A DNA stretch of 63,759 bases, counting the filler, from Reticulomyxa filosa (lineage: Eukaryota; Protista; Foraminifera), in assembly GCA_000512085.1 (NCBI GenBank). It is 24 parts of 24 records of this genome, joined end to end, with 100 filler letters (N's around TTAATTAATTAA, not from the genome) between each part and the next. Parts side by side here need not be neighbours in the genome. Positions count along the whole stretch, not along the records: positions 11,843 to 12,979 come from ASPP01016243.1; positions 13,080 to 14,623 come from ASPP01019195.1; positions 14,724 to 17,082 come from ASPP01004493.1; positions 17,183 to 24,595 come from ASPP01028196.1; positions 24,696 to 25,695 come from ASPP01044295.1; positions 25,796 to 27,575 come from ASPP01021369.1; 18 more parts are not named here. One strand, given 5' to 3'. Both the position numbers and the translations under genes were made by a program. Within the stretch, counting starts at the first letter, position 1; each line of letters begins with the position of its first letter. The notes under the pieces were generated by a model that ran no database searches, had not been told where the DNA came from, and saw only the letters and a program-made list of their open reading frames with translations. Positions 12,124 to 25,828 of this stretch are shown here, in pieces.

Positions 12124-12979
12124 CTAGAAAAGTTCGATATCGTTGCCATCCGTTTTGGCAGCCGGGCTGCTGGTCGCGGATTGTTTGACTTGCCCCAGTT
12201 GGGCTTCGATACGGGCTACCTCATCCGCCATTGCCTGCCCTTTCCCTGCCGCCAGCGTCAAATCACCGGCCAGCTGCTGCAGTTGCTTCAGCTGCTGCAG
12301 ATGATGCCCGGCATGGCCCAGCATCTGACAGATACGGTCCTGAAACTGCAGCGACGTAATGGCCACATTGGTACTGCGCTCTACCTCGCTGGCAATCTGG
12401 TTCAGCTGGTTGACGGCCATTTCCATGCCGTAGCTCAGTTCATTGATCTGCCCCATGGTGTGTTGCACGCGCATCTTGGCTTCCAGCACATAGCTCATGT
12501 CGTGCGATGCCAGCGCAGCAATACTGCCGTGCGCCTTGTCTACCATGTTTTCCACCATGTGCATGGTCTGACTAATCTGTTCATTGAAAGAATGGGTGCG
12601 CAACGACAAGGCCCGCACTTCATCGGCCACCACGGCAAAGCCCCGGCCGGCTTCGCCGGCACGCGCCGCTTCAATGGCGGCATTCAACGCCAGCATATTG
12701 GTTTGCTTGGAAATGGCGTCGATGTCGGACAGAAAGGTATGTACGCTGTGGATCTTCTGACCGATTTCAGTCATGTGGTTGACCTGCTCGATACTGACCT
12801 GGCTGGTGCGCAGCGTGTTATCCACGAAGATTTCCATGGTCTGGTTGGCGTCATGGGCAAACCGCTCAAAACTGGCATGGCTGTCTTCTTCGGCCGTAAT
12901 GCCGGTACCGATCATGCGGATGGCAATATCCTGCTGCTGCTTGGCCTGGGTGGTGATGCTGCCAAAGCTGTCGATCAGG
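12124..12979 (-). CDS. Bacterial methyl-accepting chemotaxis protein (5'-truncated)
   Basis: MCP signalling hairpin [37 protein letters not shown], then SLQFQD and a C-terminal GNDIELF. GC-rich and intronless. Confidence 0.95.
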
Positions 12980-13079
12980 NNNNNNNNNNNNNNNNNNNNN
13001 NNNNNNNNNNNNNNNNNNNNNNNTTAATTAATTAANNNNNNNNNNNNNNNNNNNNNNNNNNNNNNNNNNNNNNNNNNNN

Positions 13080-13463
13080 CTTATTTGTGGTGGCAAACAA
13101 ACCAACGACTGTTATTCGTATCAAATTCATCTGTCCTTATTCCGATGATGTTGAGTTCAATGGACATTGTGTTGTTCAATTGAATTATTCACAAACCAAT
13201 CCCAATGAAATTCATTTATTATCTTTTGGAAGACAAGATAAAAATATAATGAAACAAACATTTTCAATGAAATATAAAAGTATTTTCTGGAAAATATGTG
13301 ATAAACAATAAATCATTATTTATTCCACCAACCAATCCACGCACTCCTTTTAAATTGTCTTCAAATTTTCCAATGTTGGTATCTTCATTATGTTTGATCC
13401 AAGTATTGAAAGATTAATTTTTAGATTTGAGATCACCATGATGTTCATTTTGATTGATCTGAT
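13080..13463 (+). pseudogene. Kelch-family gene fragment with internal inversion
   Basis: + strand: CGGKQTNDCYSY..GHCVVQL..IHLLSFG..TFSMKYKS up to about 13283. The expected continuation (FNTWIKHNEDTNIGKFEDNLKGVRGLVGGINNDLLFITYFPEN) is on the - strand at about 13283-13463. Confidence 0.8.
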
Positions 13464-14791
13464 CGAAGGTACAATGTTAAATATAATCAAAAATTCTTGT
13501 CGACTCTATCTTTTTTTTTTTTGGAGGGAAAAACTTTGACAGTACTTTGCAGAAGTGAAAATACTTTTGCATGTTTTTGTTTATTATGTAGACTACAGAT
13601 TTATATCGTAACTATTTCTTCGTCAATGCATTTTCATAACAAAAATACAATTAAATTAGATTAAGTCATTGATGTTGTTTCTTCGTATTATAAACGTCTC
13701 ACATATTTGCAAGTAAAAAATTATAGTATTATTTTTGTTTTGGTAATCTTTTTTGTTTGTAGCATATTTTATTTAATCGTCACGACAAAAAGTATTATCC
13801 CTTTCATCAAAAAAAAAAAAAACAATTTCCTTAATAAAAATGAACATTTGTTTGCATTTATAATGCCATAATGTTAAACTATTTTGTTATTTTATAAAAA
13901 ATGAAAGCAAATAATACCTAAATGCACCAGGTTTTTGGAGCATTGATAGAATGTGAGCACTTACTACAACTCCATCTTTACTTATTCGCAATCACAAAAA
14001 CAAACAACGGCCAAAACAGAAATAGAATATGGAAATAAGCATTTTCAAAAAAAACCTCGAGAAAAGGAGATAGAAGAGACGAACAAATAAGACTAGATAC
14101 AACAATTCAAGTATACGTATTAGATTTGATTGCTGTGTCCAAAACAATGTAAAGAGCATTTTTTAAAATCAAAATAATAACCAAATAAAAAAAATCTCAA
14201 ATGAATCACTTACTTATTTGTTGAAAAAAAAAGCAAAGATTTTTTTTTGTGAGAATTATATCATAATCAGTGGTGTATTGACTTTCTACACAATAACATT
14301 CACAACTTCCATTTGCATGAACACCTTGTCTAATATTATCCAACATTTGTTTTAATGGATATAAACTAAAACCCAACAAAATGTTGCTTTTAATTAAAAA
14401 AACTGGTGTGACATCAGTGAACATCTGTTGAGACTAAAACAGTGCGATCGCAAAGGCAAGGGAGGGGCCAGTTTTTGCATTTGCAAAGACATGAATTGGC
14501 AATGACAAAGGCAGTATTGGATGCATTGGGATGTGTTGTGACGTTGAAATCGACTAGCACCACCGTTACAACATTAACACTCAATATTTTATGATCATTT
14601 CGCTCTCACTTTATTTTTATTTANNNNNNNNNNNNNNNNNNNNNNNNNNNNNNNNNNNNNNNNNNNNTTAATTAATTAANNNNNNNNNNNNNNNNNNNNN
14701 NNNNNNNNNNNNNNNNNNNNNNNTTTTTTTTTTTTTTTTTTTTTGTCTGCTATGACCAAGCAAGATTTGGAAACAGCAAACAAATAGGTAC

Positions 14792-14931
14792 CAAAAAATA
14801 GCGTAAAATGATTAGGCTAAAATCGTCAATCCATCCCATCTTCAAACCCATCGATCGATACCAATGTCGTGTTGTCATTGCAATTTCTTGGTATTGCTTT
14901 TTATTGTAGTGAGTTGATTAAGGATATATAT

Positions 14932-14971
<40 letters not shown>

Positions 14972-16170
14972 TTATATATGTACATATATATATTTATTTT
15001 GATAAACGGTCACTTGAAACAAATATCTTTAACTGGCAGCTTTTTTAGATTCCAATCATCATCGATTGAATTGGTTTCAGTTTTCATTCTTTTTATCACC
15101 TTTTTCTCATCTTCAATCTCTTCCATCAATTTATTCTGCTCTTCCCGCAACATCCATTTTTTTTCTGCTTCGGTCTGTTCGTGTATCAATCTGTCGACCT
15201 TTATTTTAAAATGTGTGGTTACCACACTCCTGCCATCAAACCCGCCAATGATATGCACGTATGTGTGATCTGCATTCAACACAGCGACGGAATATCTGGG
15301 CGGATTGGCAATGGGCTGTTCAAATTTCATCCAATGTGTTCCTTTTGTGGAGTATCTGTGTGACGCTTGCAAAACAGTTTCCGCATTCCATCCTCCAAAA
15401 AACAAAATGGTGTCATTGGCACATACGTATGCATATCTATTGAATGATCGCATGGTCGAACACACACGTAATTTGTCAAGTGTAAATGTATTCCGGTCCT
15501 CGTCATACACAATGGACATTCCAGTGTTTTGACAAAATAGCCACATTTTGTGCTTTTTGTTATTGCCTTTGCTTGTCTCTGTCCTGCTCTCGGTGCTTGC
15601 CACAAAGCAATGAAGCATTATATTACAACCCACTAACAAAGTGGTGCAATTGATATATTGGAATATACTCAAATCAAACACGTCAATATTATTTGGAGGA
15701 TAGGTAATAAACAACAAATGATTATTGCTTCCACCAAGCAATGCTCGTGCTCCTTCATGATCGTCTTGAAATACACCAATTGATACTGCTTTGCCTGCAT
15801 TGTCGGTAAAAGGTAACCATTGATTTGATAACTCGGTCTTCGTTTTGTCATCTTCATTTCTTACATCATCCCAAACACTCACATATTTCATTGCCAATGT
15901 ATGCTTTTTTATCCCGCCAAAAGATAACAATGTAATGTCATTTGGATCGCTGCTGTTCACGCGCTTCACCACACAATGCCCACGCAATTTAATGCCACTT
16001 GGATAAGAACAAATACGCTTGTACTCGTTTTTTATTGTATGATAGGAATAACATTCGTTGTTCCAATAACCTCCGCAAATCAGGATTTCATCCTTGTGGG
16101 CCACACATTGACTGTGAGAAAGTGGAGCAGGCAGAGGGGCCAGTATTTCAAATTGGGAGTTAGATGGCAT
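14792..16170 (-). CDS. Kelch/galactose-oxidase-type beta-propeller protein (continues beyond contig)
   Basis: Exon 1 (16170-15034) has ILICGG..CYSYH, GHCVV, LLSFGG, ILFFGGW and VHIIGG followed by a coiled coil. Intron 14897-15033 contains (TA)n. Exon 2 (14896-14792) reads QYQEIAMTTRHWYRSMGLKMGWIDDFSLIILRYFL. Confidence 0.9.
14923..14992. repeat. (TA)n-type microsatellite within Kelch intron
   Basis: Directly visible. Other simple repeats sit at contig ends: (GCTATT)n 8480-8510, GAA-rich 17015-17082, (AAT)n 25796-25826, CTT-rich 36263-36304. Confidence 0.9.
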
Positions 16171-17639
16171 TTTCTGCTTTGCTCTATTTTGCTACCAGAG
16201 AGAAATTATTGAGAATGTTTCGTCTTTTTTTACTGCACTATATGAAGCACAATAATTAGAAAGGGCCCAAATTGCAACAAAAAAAAAAAGTTTAAAAGGG
16301 CACTGAAAACAAAAGATTGCTTTGGGCTTGTTGCATCAGAGATCGATTAGATTTGAGATAGGCTCAAAAAAGTGTTGAAATAAAAAAGCGGTTTTTCCTA
16401 TTTTTCAAATTTGGAGTGGATTGTCACCGAATGGCTCCAGATAATATTCATAGACAGCAAATACCCTCAAATTGTGCAAAGTTATTATGGACGAAGCAAT
16501 GACAAAGAATTTAAGACGGAAAAAAAAGACAAGTTATTATTTGATGTTGGGTTACAAATGACAGTGAATGCGTTGTCTACAGTAATTCCAAAGGGAGAAA
16601 CATTTTCAACCATTTCAAATTAAGTCACAAAGAGTGATATCTAATTATTTTTTTTATTATCGAAATGAAGTGAAGTATGGAAAGTACTCAATAGGATGAT
16701 GACTACAGTATCCTGTTTGTGGATATATTCAATTTTTTCTTCGTATTCTAAAGATTGTATATCTTTTAAATGGAAGTGTATTAATCTAAAAAACTAAAAA
16801 ACAAAAGCTCAATTAATTCTTTTTCCCCTTTAGTGTTGACAAACTAAACAATATCATTTGACAAATTATCTTTCATGAAAGAAGTGCAAAAAGGATTTTT
16901 TTAAAGATCACTCCTTTCGTCGTAAAAATTTTAATCGTAATTATTGATTTGAAAATTTCAGATTAAATCTTTTGAATTTATTTTGAAATGGATCAAACTA
17001 ATAGGAATGAAAAAAAAGAAGAAAAAGAGAATGAAGAGGAAGAGAACGAAGAAGAAGAAGAGAACGAAGAAGAAGAAGAGAANNNNNNNNNNNNNNNNNN
17101 NNNNNNNNNNNNNNNNNNNNNNNNNNTTAATTAATTAANNNNNNNNNNNNNNNNNNNNNNNNNNNNNNNNNNNNNNNNNNNNTTCCACTTTCCACTTCGC
17201 AAAGTGACTTTTGTGGATATTACTTACCTGGCTTTGGGGCCTGGAAGTGGGACTTGTCCAGGCAATGAAGTCATTTTTGCCATTGAAGCTTGTCCTGATA
17301 ATGTCACTTGGATAGGCTCAAGTGATTGAGAACTTGTCTTTCTTGGCCGACACGTCGGCAGTGGACGCACGTTGTTGTTAATTTGTTATCGACTGCTTGG
17401 TCGCAGTTGTTTTTTGTCCGCGGCTGTCCCGCCGCCTCCGCATTTGTCACTGCTTGTCCTTTCACATGCACGGCTTTCTTAACATTGCTTGCCGATGTTC
17501 GGCCTGCTACCAGCGCCGTTTTCTTCGCGTCAACCGCTATCATCATAACAACAACAAGCCTTCTATTGGGACGTGAAAGAAAATGAAAGAATAAGAAAAT
17601 AGAATATAAAAAATAATACATATGTACAAATTACAAATG

Positions 17640-18560
17640 TTCAAGTTTGCGATGATACCATGAAACTGATGTGTCCAAAAACATCTTTTGACATCACACA
17701 TTCTGCACCAATACTTGGAAAAGGTAAGTATGTGTTCTTCAGACTGTGCAACTACAAAAATGTATTGCACAAACCCACATCAAGACGAATGTTTGAGTGC
17801 GCGTCAATATACGTAACAAATATATATATACATATACACATAAATATATATACAAAATGTGTATACGTAATGGTGTACAATATCATTAATTTTGATTTTG
17901 AAGTGCGAGTCTCCAAAATACTTGTTTTGTCCGCAAATGATATACACCCAGTTATTGTCCGATGAAAGCATGGCAATCTGTACAGATATATGTGGACTTG
18001 ATCTTGATATTTTGCCATGACTGTCGTATCCCCTAAATAAGGGAATAGTGTCGCTGACATAGTAGGGACAATCGAACGCAATCATTGTGGACTGATTGAG
18101 AGCATTTCATACTTAAATCGATTGGTCTTCTCGTGTTATTTGATTCTTAGTCCATTGTCCCAATTAAAAAAACAACATCTCGTTTTCCATTTGCACAAAA
18201 CATCTTCCTTCACTTATTTTGTCATTGGCAGCGTACTCTTTGTTACAAGCTCAATGTTTCGATATTAAACACTATTATATTCTTGGACTTGTACACTATA
18301 AATAACAGCTCTTTTTTTTTGCTTCTCAGTGCTGCTCGCACGGACAACATTTCTTCGTTTGATAGCATTAACCCTTTTGCCTTTGTCCACTCATTCATAT
18401 ATGTGTCTGTTTTGCTCCATACGTTTTATACTTCATTGCCAGGTGCTTGTGCTTCCCTCCAAACGATAACAAAATCGTTGTCGTTCGACCAACTCAAGTA
18501 CTGCATGCTCTAATGATGATGATTTTTCAATATCACGTCCTCCCAGAATTATTTAATTCA
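17640..18560 (-). pseudogene. Kelch-family pseudogene
   Basis: Fragments TILLSFGGKHKHLAMKY and AMLSSDNNWVYIICG...SHFKIKI are collinear with the intact Kelch gene at 14792-16170 but broken by many stops and frameshifts. Confidence 0.7.
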
Positions 18561-20059
18561 AACTCAATTATATACATTTTTTTATTCGTTATGAAGAAAT
18601 GTTAAATTCTTATTGCAAAGGAGACACAAAATAAATCGTGAGATCCAGAAACATTGATTCTCTCTAAGTTGGAAAATAAAACACAATTACGCGTAACAAC
18701 TGCTTATATACATTAATATTTTTGTATGATTTAGTTTATTTTTGAAATAATGCTTTTTTGGATAAATAAATTTTCCTTAGTTTGAAAGAGCAAAACTTAA
18801 ACTGATTGATTGTCAGTTTAAAAAAAGGGATTGTTTAAAAAATTATAATCAGATAATGCCTTCAAAAGAAAAACATCCAAAAAAAACATATTCAAAAAAT
18901 AAGTTTTCAAAGCAATGGAATTCATGTAATGAATTAAGACGGTATTGTGTATCAGTCGTTGAAGCACATACGTTTTTACTGAACTCGAAAGAGAACAAAT
19001 CACTGCTTCAATGATTTGCAGTTAGTTGCTAAGGCATATGACTGTGTGAAAAAAAAACATAGAAAAGTATATATGGCGTTTGTGCAACCAAATAGAAAGA
19101 GTACGGAGACGAAAATGAATTAATACTACCTTGTGAAAATCTTTCGACCATTATTAGAGGCATTGAGTACTTATTATCAAATGCGTTTTGTTACGAAGGA
19201 TCATTTGCTGAATTTGAATCAATCATTGGCCAAATACTCTTTGTCAAGATACCAGATGCCTTATAGCAGGATTTCCACAAAGTTATCAAAAATTATTGTT
19301 TTAGCGCAAAAGTTGAAATAAAAAAAATGAAAACCTCTGTGCGATTGCGTGAGAAATTGAAGTTGATTTTGAAATGTGTGAATTAATCTATATCGAATTT
19401 GTAAGAAATTTTTTTTTTGTATTGAAAAAAGACAATGGAATGAGTCCAAACAAATGATATGTGTGTATGTTAAACAGAAAGATCAGACATGAATTGGACA
19501 AGAACGTATCAGAACCACGCTGACATCACAACTACTAGCACACAAGCGCAAATACGAATGGATAACATTCGCAGCAATCACTGAGGAAACAGCAAAGCGA
19601 CAGAATGACAAACAGCACGGATGCAGGAATGATGTGCGCGGTGTCTATCGACAGCACGTTGAAAAAAGACAGCGTCTGCGAACATAGCACACTGATCAGC
19701 CAAGGTAGTGGCCTCGCGAACAATGTCGTCTTTTTATTGGCGTCGCTGCAGCAGTTGAAAGAGATGCTAAGTGAGCTGCCAATTCACTTTGAATACTTAG
19801 TGCCATCATACATAAAGCTGCATTCCTATCGCTGTCACGAAAATTGTAATGTGGAATTTAGATTCTTTTGCACCAAACTCAGTTTGTTTTTTGTGATTCT
19901 AATCTTTTTTTCCACCATTTTATTTAAATATGTTACATTTTTTAAAAAAATAAATTATAAACTTTAGACCGAAAGATGTTTGTCAATTTTTTTAATCAAT
20001 AAAAATGACATATACATGTATGTATATATGTATTGTATATAGAGTAATACTATCCATTG

Positions 20060-21430
<1,371 letters not shown>

Positions 21431-21941
21431 TTTGATATTTATAGTTATTATTGTAAATTTAATGAAATGAAAGGAAAAGTAATATAAAAATGTTTCTTTT
21501 AATTTACATTAAATATTGAAATTATTATGTTTGCTTATTTCACAAATAATCATTGTTGGATGCATTTTGCTATTTGAAAAAGAGACTATTTTAGTTTTTT
21601 TGTCAAAATAATATTGTGCAAGTCTTCTTTTAAAAATACATATATTTATGTTTTATGTTTTTTAGATCTTTGTGATAAAAATACGCTTTGCTAAAATAAT
21701 TTTAATCAATGCAAATGAAACTTTTATAAATATAAAATTGTGATAGGTTTGTAATCGATATTTAATTTTGGAATTTTATATATGTAACGATAACTTATCA
21801 CAATTTTTTGGATTGTTTAAATTTTTTTTATTTTGTGCGATATCCATCCCAAAATAATCTCTAAACATCAAATAAAAATTTTTTAAAACAATGGTTATCT
21901 CATAAAAATAAAAAGATAATTTGTAAAATTTGTTTGGGTAT

Positions 21942-22729
21942 AATGAACGATGGTGGCCTCGGCTGTTGTTGTAATGCCAACACTCTTAGCTTCGGAATCG
22001 TCGAAGATAACATAGTGTGAAAATTCTGTCCGCTGATTCGTCATTATCTCGATTCCTTTCTTCATTGCCACGGTCTTGGATACTAGGATGCATATCTCTT
22101 TGAGCAAGCTAGAAGCGATGCGGCAAGTGGTCCACATCATTATGTGTCCAAATACACGAAATTTGTGCAAACGGATGTTGCCGCGGCAGCAAAAGCTTGC
22201 GATGATTTAGGAATTCTTGACATTGATGCGCTTATCAAGCAAGAATTTGACAATATTTTGGAACTCGTCCCACAACGCAAAAAACATAGCAAGTTCAATC
22301 TTTATTTATGTATTTGTTTTTTTTAAAATGATTATTTGAAGAAAGAAGGGGATAGGAGAAGAACATTAAAAAATTCAATTTAAGTATACAAAACACAAAC
22401 GAAATAACAAAATAGAAAGATCTCGTTGCATTTTTAAGTCGCGCAAGTGATGTAATTTCCAAAGCAGATAATGCCCGTTATCGTGGTAAGGGCTTCAAAA
22501 AAGTTAAATTTTTCCAATATTTCCAATTTCATAAGCAAATCAACGTTTGTTTTTATTATTATTTTTTTAAGGCTTACTACAAAGTGTTCACCTTGGTGAT
22601 GAGATGCGGGCGTGCGATTTCAAATTGAACTGCGTGTTGAATGAAGCCAAGGACGACAAACAAAGGCATTTGTACAAGCCTTGAAAAAAGTTTGTAAGAT
22701 ACAAACTGAATTCATTAATCAAAACTAGC
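21942..22729 (+). pseudogene. Three-exon gene of unknown family with in-frame stops
   Basis: MNDGGLGCCCNAN...DNIV*KFCPLIRHYLDSFLHCHGLGY*DAYLFEQ...VPQRKKH stays in one frame through a TGA and a TAG. Further exon-like blocks at about 22415-22484 and 22572-22729 are bounded by splice-like sites. Confidence 0.5.
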
Positions 22730-24695
22730 TTATACCCGTTTCACCTTAAAAATTATATCATTTTTTAACTTATTTCTCTTAAAACCCGTTTTAAAAAAAC
22801 TATTTACAACATTCTTTTTCTCTTTTCTGTGTTCTAATTGAAAAAAAAGGAAACATACACAAAAAAAAAATCTTGTACTAAAAACAAAAATTCACCATCT
22901 TAAAGATGTTGCTTGCAATTCAATATTTTATTGGCTTTTGTGTACTAGCTAAAGGAGTATTATCCCAAAGTTGCACTTATATGAGCAGTGACTACAAATT
23001 GTCTTTGTCATCGGTGACAATGTTGTCATGGTACGCGGAAGCGCGTTTACATGCTACTGGACCCCATGTGCCGACGGCTATTCGTGCGGAACCAGCGGTA
23101 ACGTAACGGAGGGACAAAAGAACAACAACAGCAATCGCAACAAGTTGGCGGGATGATACAACTCTGGGGAGGCAAGCTACATTCAACCGCCGAAAAATGG
23201 ACGATCAAATGTGCGAACAGAGCAACATGCAACGGGTCACAAGAACCACAAAGTTCTTTTTAAGCTGTTGGAGTGACCGAGTTTAGTTTAAAAAAAATGA
23301 ATTTTTTTTTTTGAAAAAAAAGAAGAAAGGGTATGTGGAAGGAGGAAGAAATGAACGGTACTGGAGAATGAAATAACCCAAATAAAGAAGTTAATCAAAG
23401 AATGGGGTGAACATCTTCACGAACAAACCAAGTTTTTGTTTTGTCGGATTGTGATAACAAATTGTTGTCACTAACAAAGGTACATCGATTGCGAATGTAT
23501 TGATACTGAAGCGCATCACCGATGGAATGTGGTAAGAGTGGTGATCGAAGCAAATGGCATTGACAACGGTGGTAAATAGTCTGAAGAAATACGTAAGCGA
23601 ATTGACGGAAGGAAAAGACAAGAAGGTAACGGATAAAAACAAGACCAAGGTATCGTTGTCGAAATTGGATGAAAGCGAATGTATGGAAATGGAATGAACG
23701 ATTTGATAAAGGAAAAGATCAAAGCTAATGAAATAAACTGCGAATTGCGCTTTTCACACTGTTGCATTCGTGGAGTGGGGTGTGATGCAAGTGAAGCTTT
23801 ACAGTCCGCGGTAGACTCAAAAATGACAATACGCAAACGAACAATAGTCCATTGCAGCATTTAGCGACAAACTACGCAAACACAAACAACATACTGACAG
23901 CAATGCATTTGGAAGCCTTTGGAATCGTCTTTGAAAACGCGCAGTGGCATCAAGACAAAGACTTTCCAAGTATGAAAATATGACCACCTAACAAATACAT
24001 CAGGCCATTCAACAAGAGGTCGAGCAAGCCGAGGTCAAAAAAAGCTTTGGAAAACAAAAGCAGAAAAAAAAAACAAAGACTGGCCCCACCAATCCTGATC
24101 AAAAAAGACAAAGATAAAGAACATATTTCCCGGATTGGATAAAATTCAGATGCGCAAGTGGAAGTATTAACAAAACAATAGGCAGTGGGTGCAAGTGTGA
24201 AATGGGAAGACACATTGGAGCCATTGATTTTTGTGGTGGGAACAGGCCATTGAAACATTACTTCGTGTATTTGATGTATGTATCCATTGCCCAAAAATAA
24301 ATTGAAATTTTTGTCCGATATCATTGCTGCCGTAAAAACAGTGTTCCACCAAAGACGACTTGGCAGATGTGTTGTTGCCACGATAGCCGCATGGATGCCC
24401 TGGTCACCACAATGCAAAGCTATTCCTCTGACTTGAACCAAGAAAAAGAGTCTAAAACAAATGAAACTTATTCGTATATGAAGAATCCAAGATATTCACA
24501 CAAAGTCCCTCTGAACATTATTATGTCAATGTTTTTTAAGAATTGATCGAATTTTGTGTCAATCAATACGTTACTCTATTTACATATATAAATATNNNNN
24601 NNNNNNNNNNNNNNNNNNNNNNNNNNNNNNNNNNNNNNNTTAATTAATTAANNNNNNNNNNNNNNNNNNNNNNNNNNNNNNNNNNNNNNNNNNNN

Positions 24696-25695
24696 AAATG
24701 AAAAGAAATTATTGCATCAAACACAAGCAGGATTCCAGTCTTGACATAACACAGATGAATTGTTATTGATATTGACTGAGACGATCCACAAGTCAATTCA
24801 GTGACTTATGCAGTGTTATTGAATATCTCTGCAGCATATGATAGTGTTTGGAGAAATGGGTTGAGATATAAAATGAGAAATGAATTTAAATTATATGGAA
24901 TATTATATTGGTGGATTGATAGTTTCTTATCAGATCGACTTGGAGGAGTTGTATTGAATGAAACAAATCAGAATGTATGGAATTCAATACTGGAGTTCCC
25001 CAAGGATCTGCTTTATCCCCAATATTGTTACCAACAACATATTCAATGTGGAATGTTACTTGCAGCCATGTATCACATTCAGGCACCAAAACAAAAAGAA
25101 ATTTCCTAAGATGAAATTAACATTGCAGTAATTAAATTTGAAGGAATGCGATCATGTAAAGTATCTGGGATTGTTCCTTGATTCTCACATGACTTATCCC
25201 AAGCATGTAAACTACGTATATAGCAAGGCAGCAAGGAAACTTGGATATTTGACATATTTATGCTCATATAAAGGTGTCAGGCCAAGTCTATCTACGTATA
25301 ATTTATTATACAAGACTATCATCCGCCCAAGTCTTGAGTATGCATCAGCATTTTGGGTGCAGCAGACGCATATAAGAAACGATTGGAACGTATACAAAGG
25401 ATTGCAATGTGTCGAATTCTTGGTGTGATGAACCAGACTGCTTATGACACAGTCAATGTTGAATTATATCTCATGGATTGGTAGATTGTCAAATCACCTT
25501 TTGCAATCTTCAGTGAACAGACTCCAGATCAGATTCTGGTATCGTTGGACAATGATTGTATTGTGATATTTTGTGATGGGAGCACATATCCAAATCCTGA
25601 CATTGGAGACGCAGGGCTTGTAATTCAGGATTTAAGTATGCCAAAATGGTTAGAATTAGAATATCCAATTACAGGCATTACAACAAATATTGGAT
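24696..25695 (+). mobile_element. Degenerate non-LTR retrotransposon (LINE) RT-RNase H fragment
   Basis: QAGF, LLNISAAYDSVW (DxxxAFD), GVPQGSALSPIL, KYLGLFLD, LYKTIIRPSLEYAS, LERIQRIAMCRILG, then RNase H start IFCDGSTYPNPDIGDAG. No intact YADD; stops and frameshifts present. Confidence 0.92.
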
Positions 25696-25795
25696 NNNNN
25701 NNNNNNNNNNNNNNNNNNNNNNNNNNNNNNNNNNNNNNNTTAATTAATTAANNNNNNNNNNNNNNNNNNNNNNNNNNNNNNNNNNNNNNNNNNNN

Positions 25796-25825
<30 letters not shown>

Positions 25826-25828
<3 letters not shown>

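Noticed and set aside
12181-13035. 284-aa + strand ORF
   Set aside because: It is the antisense shadow of the GC-rich MCP gene and has no independent motifs.
10177-13463. Apparent gene cluster or horizontal-transfer island (HEAT gene - bacterial MCP/Hpt - Kelch)
   Set aside because: These are three separate contigs, and the adjacency is produced by concatenation.
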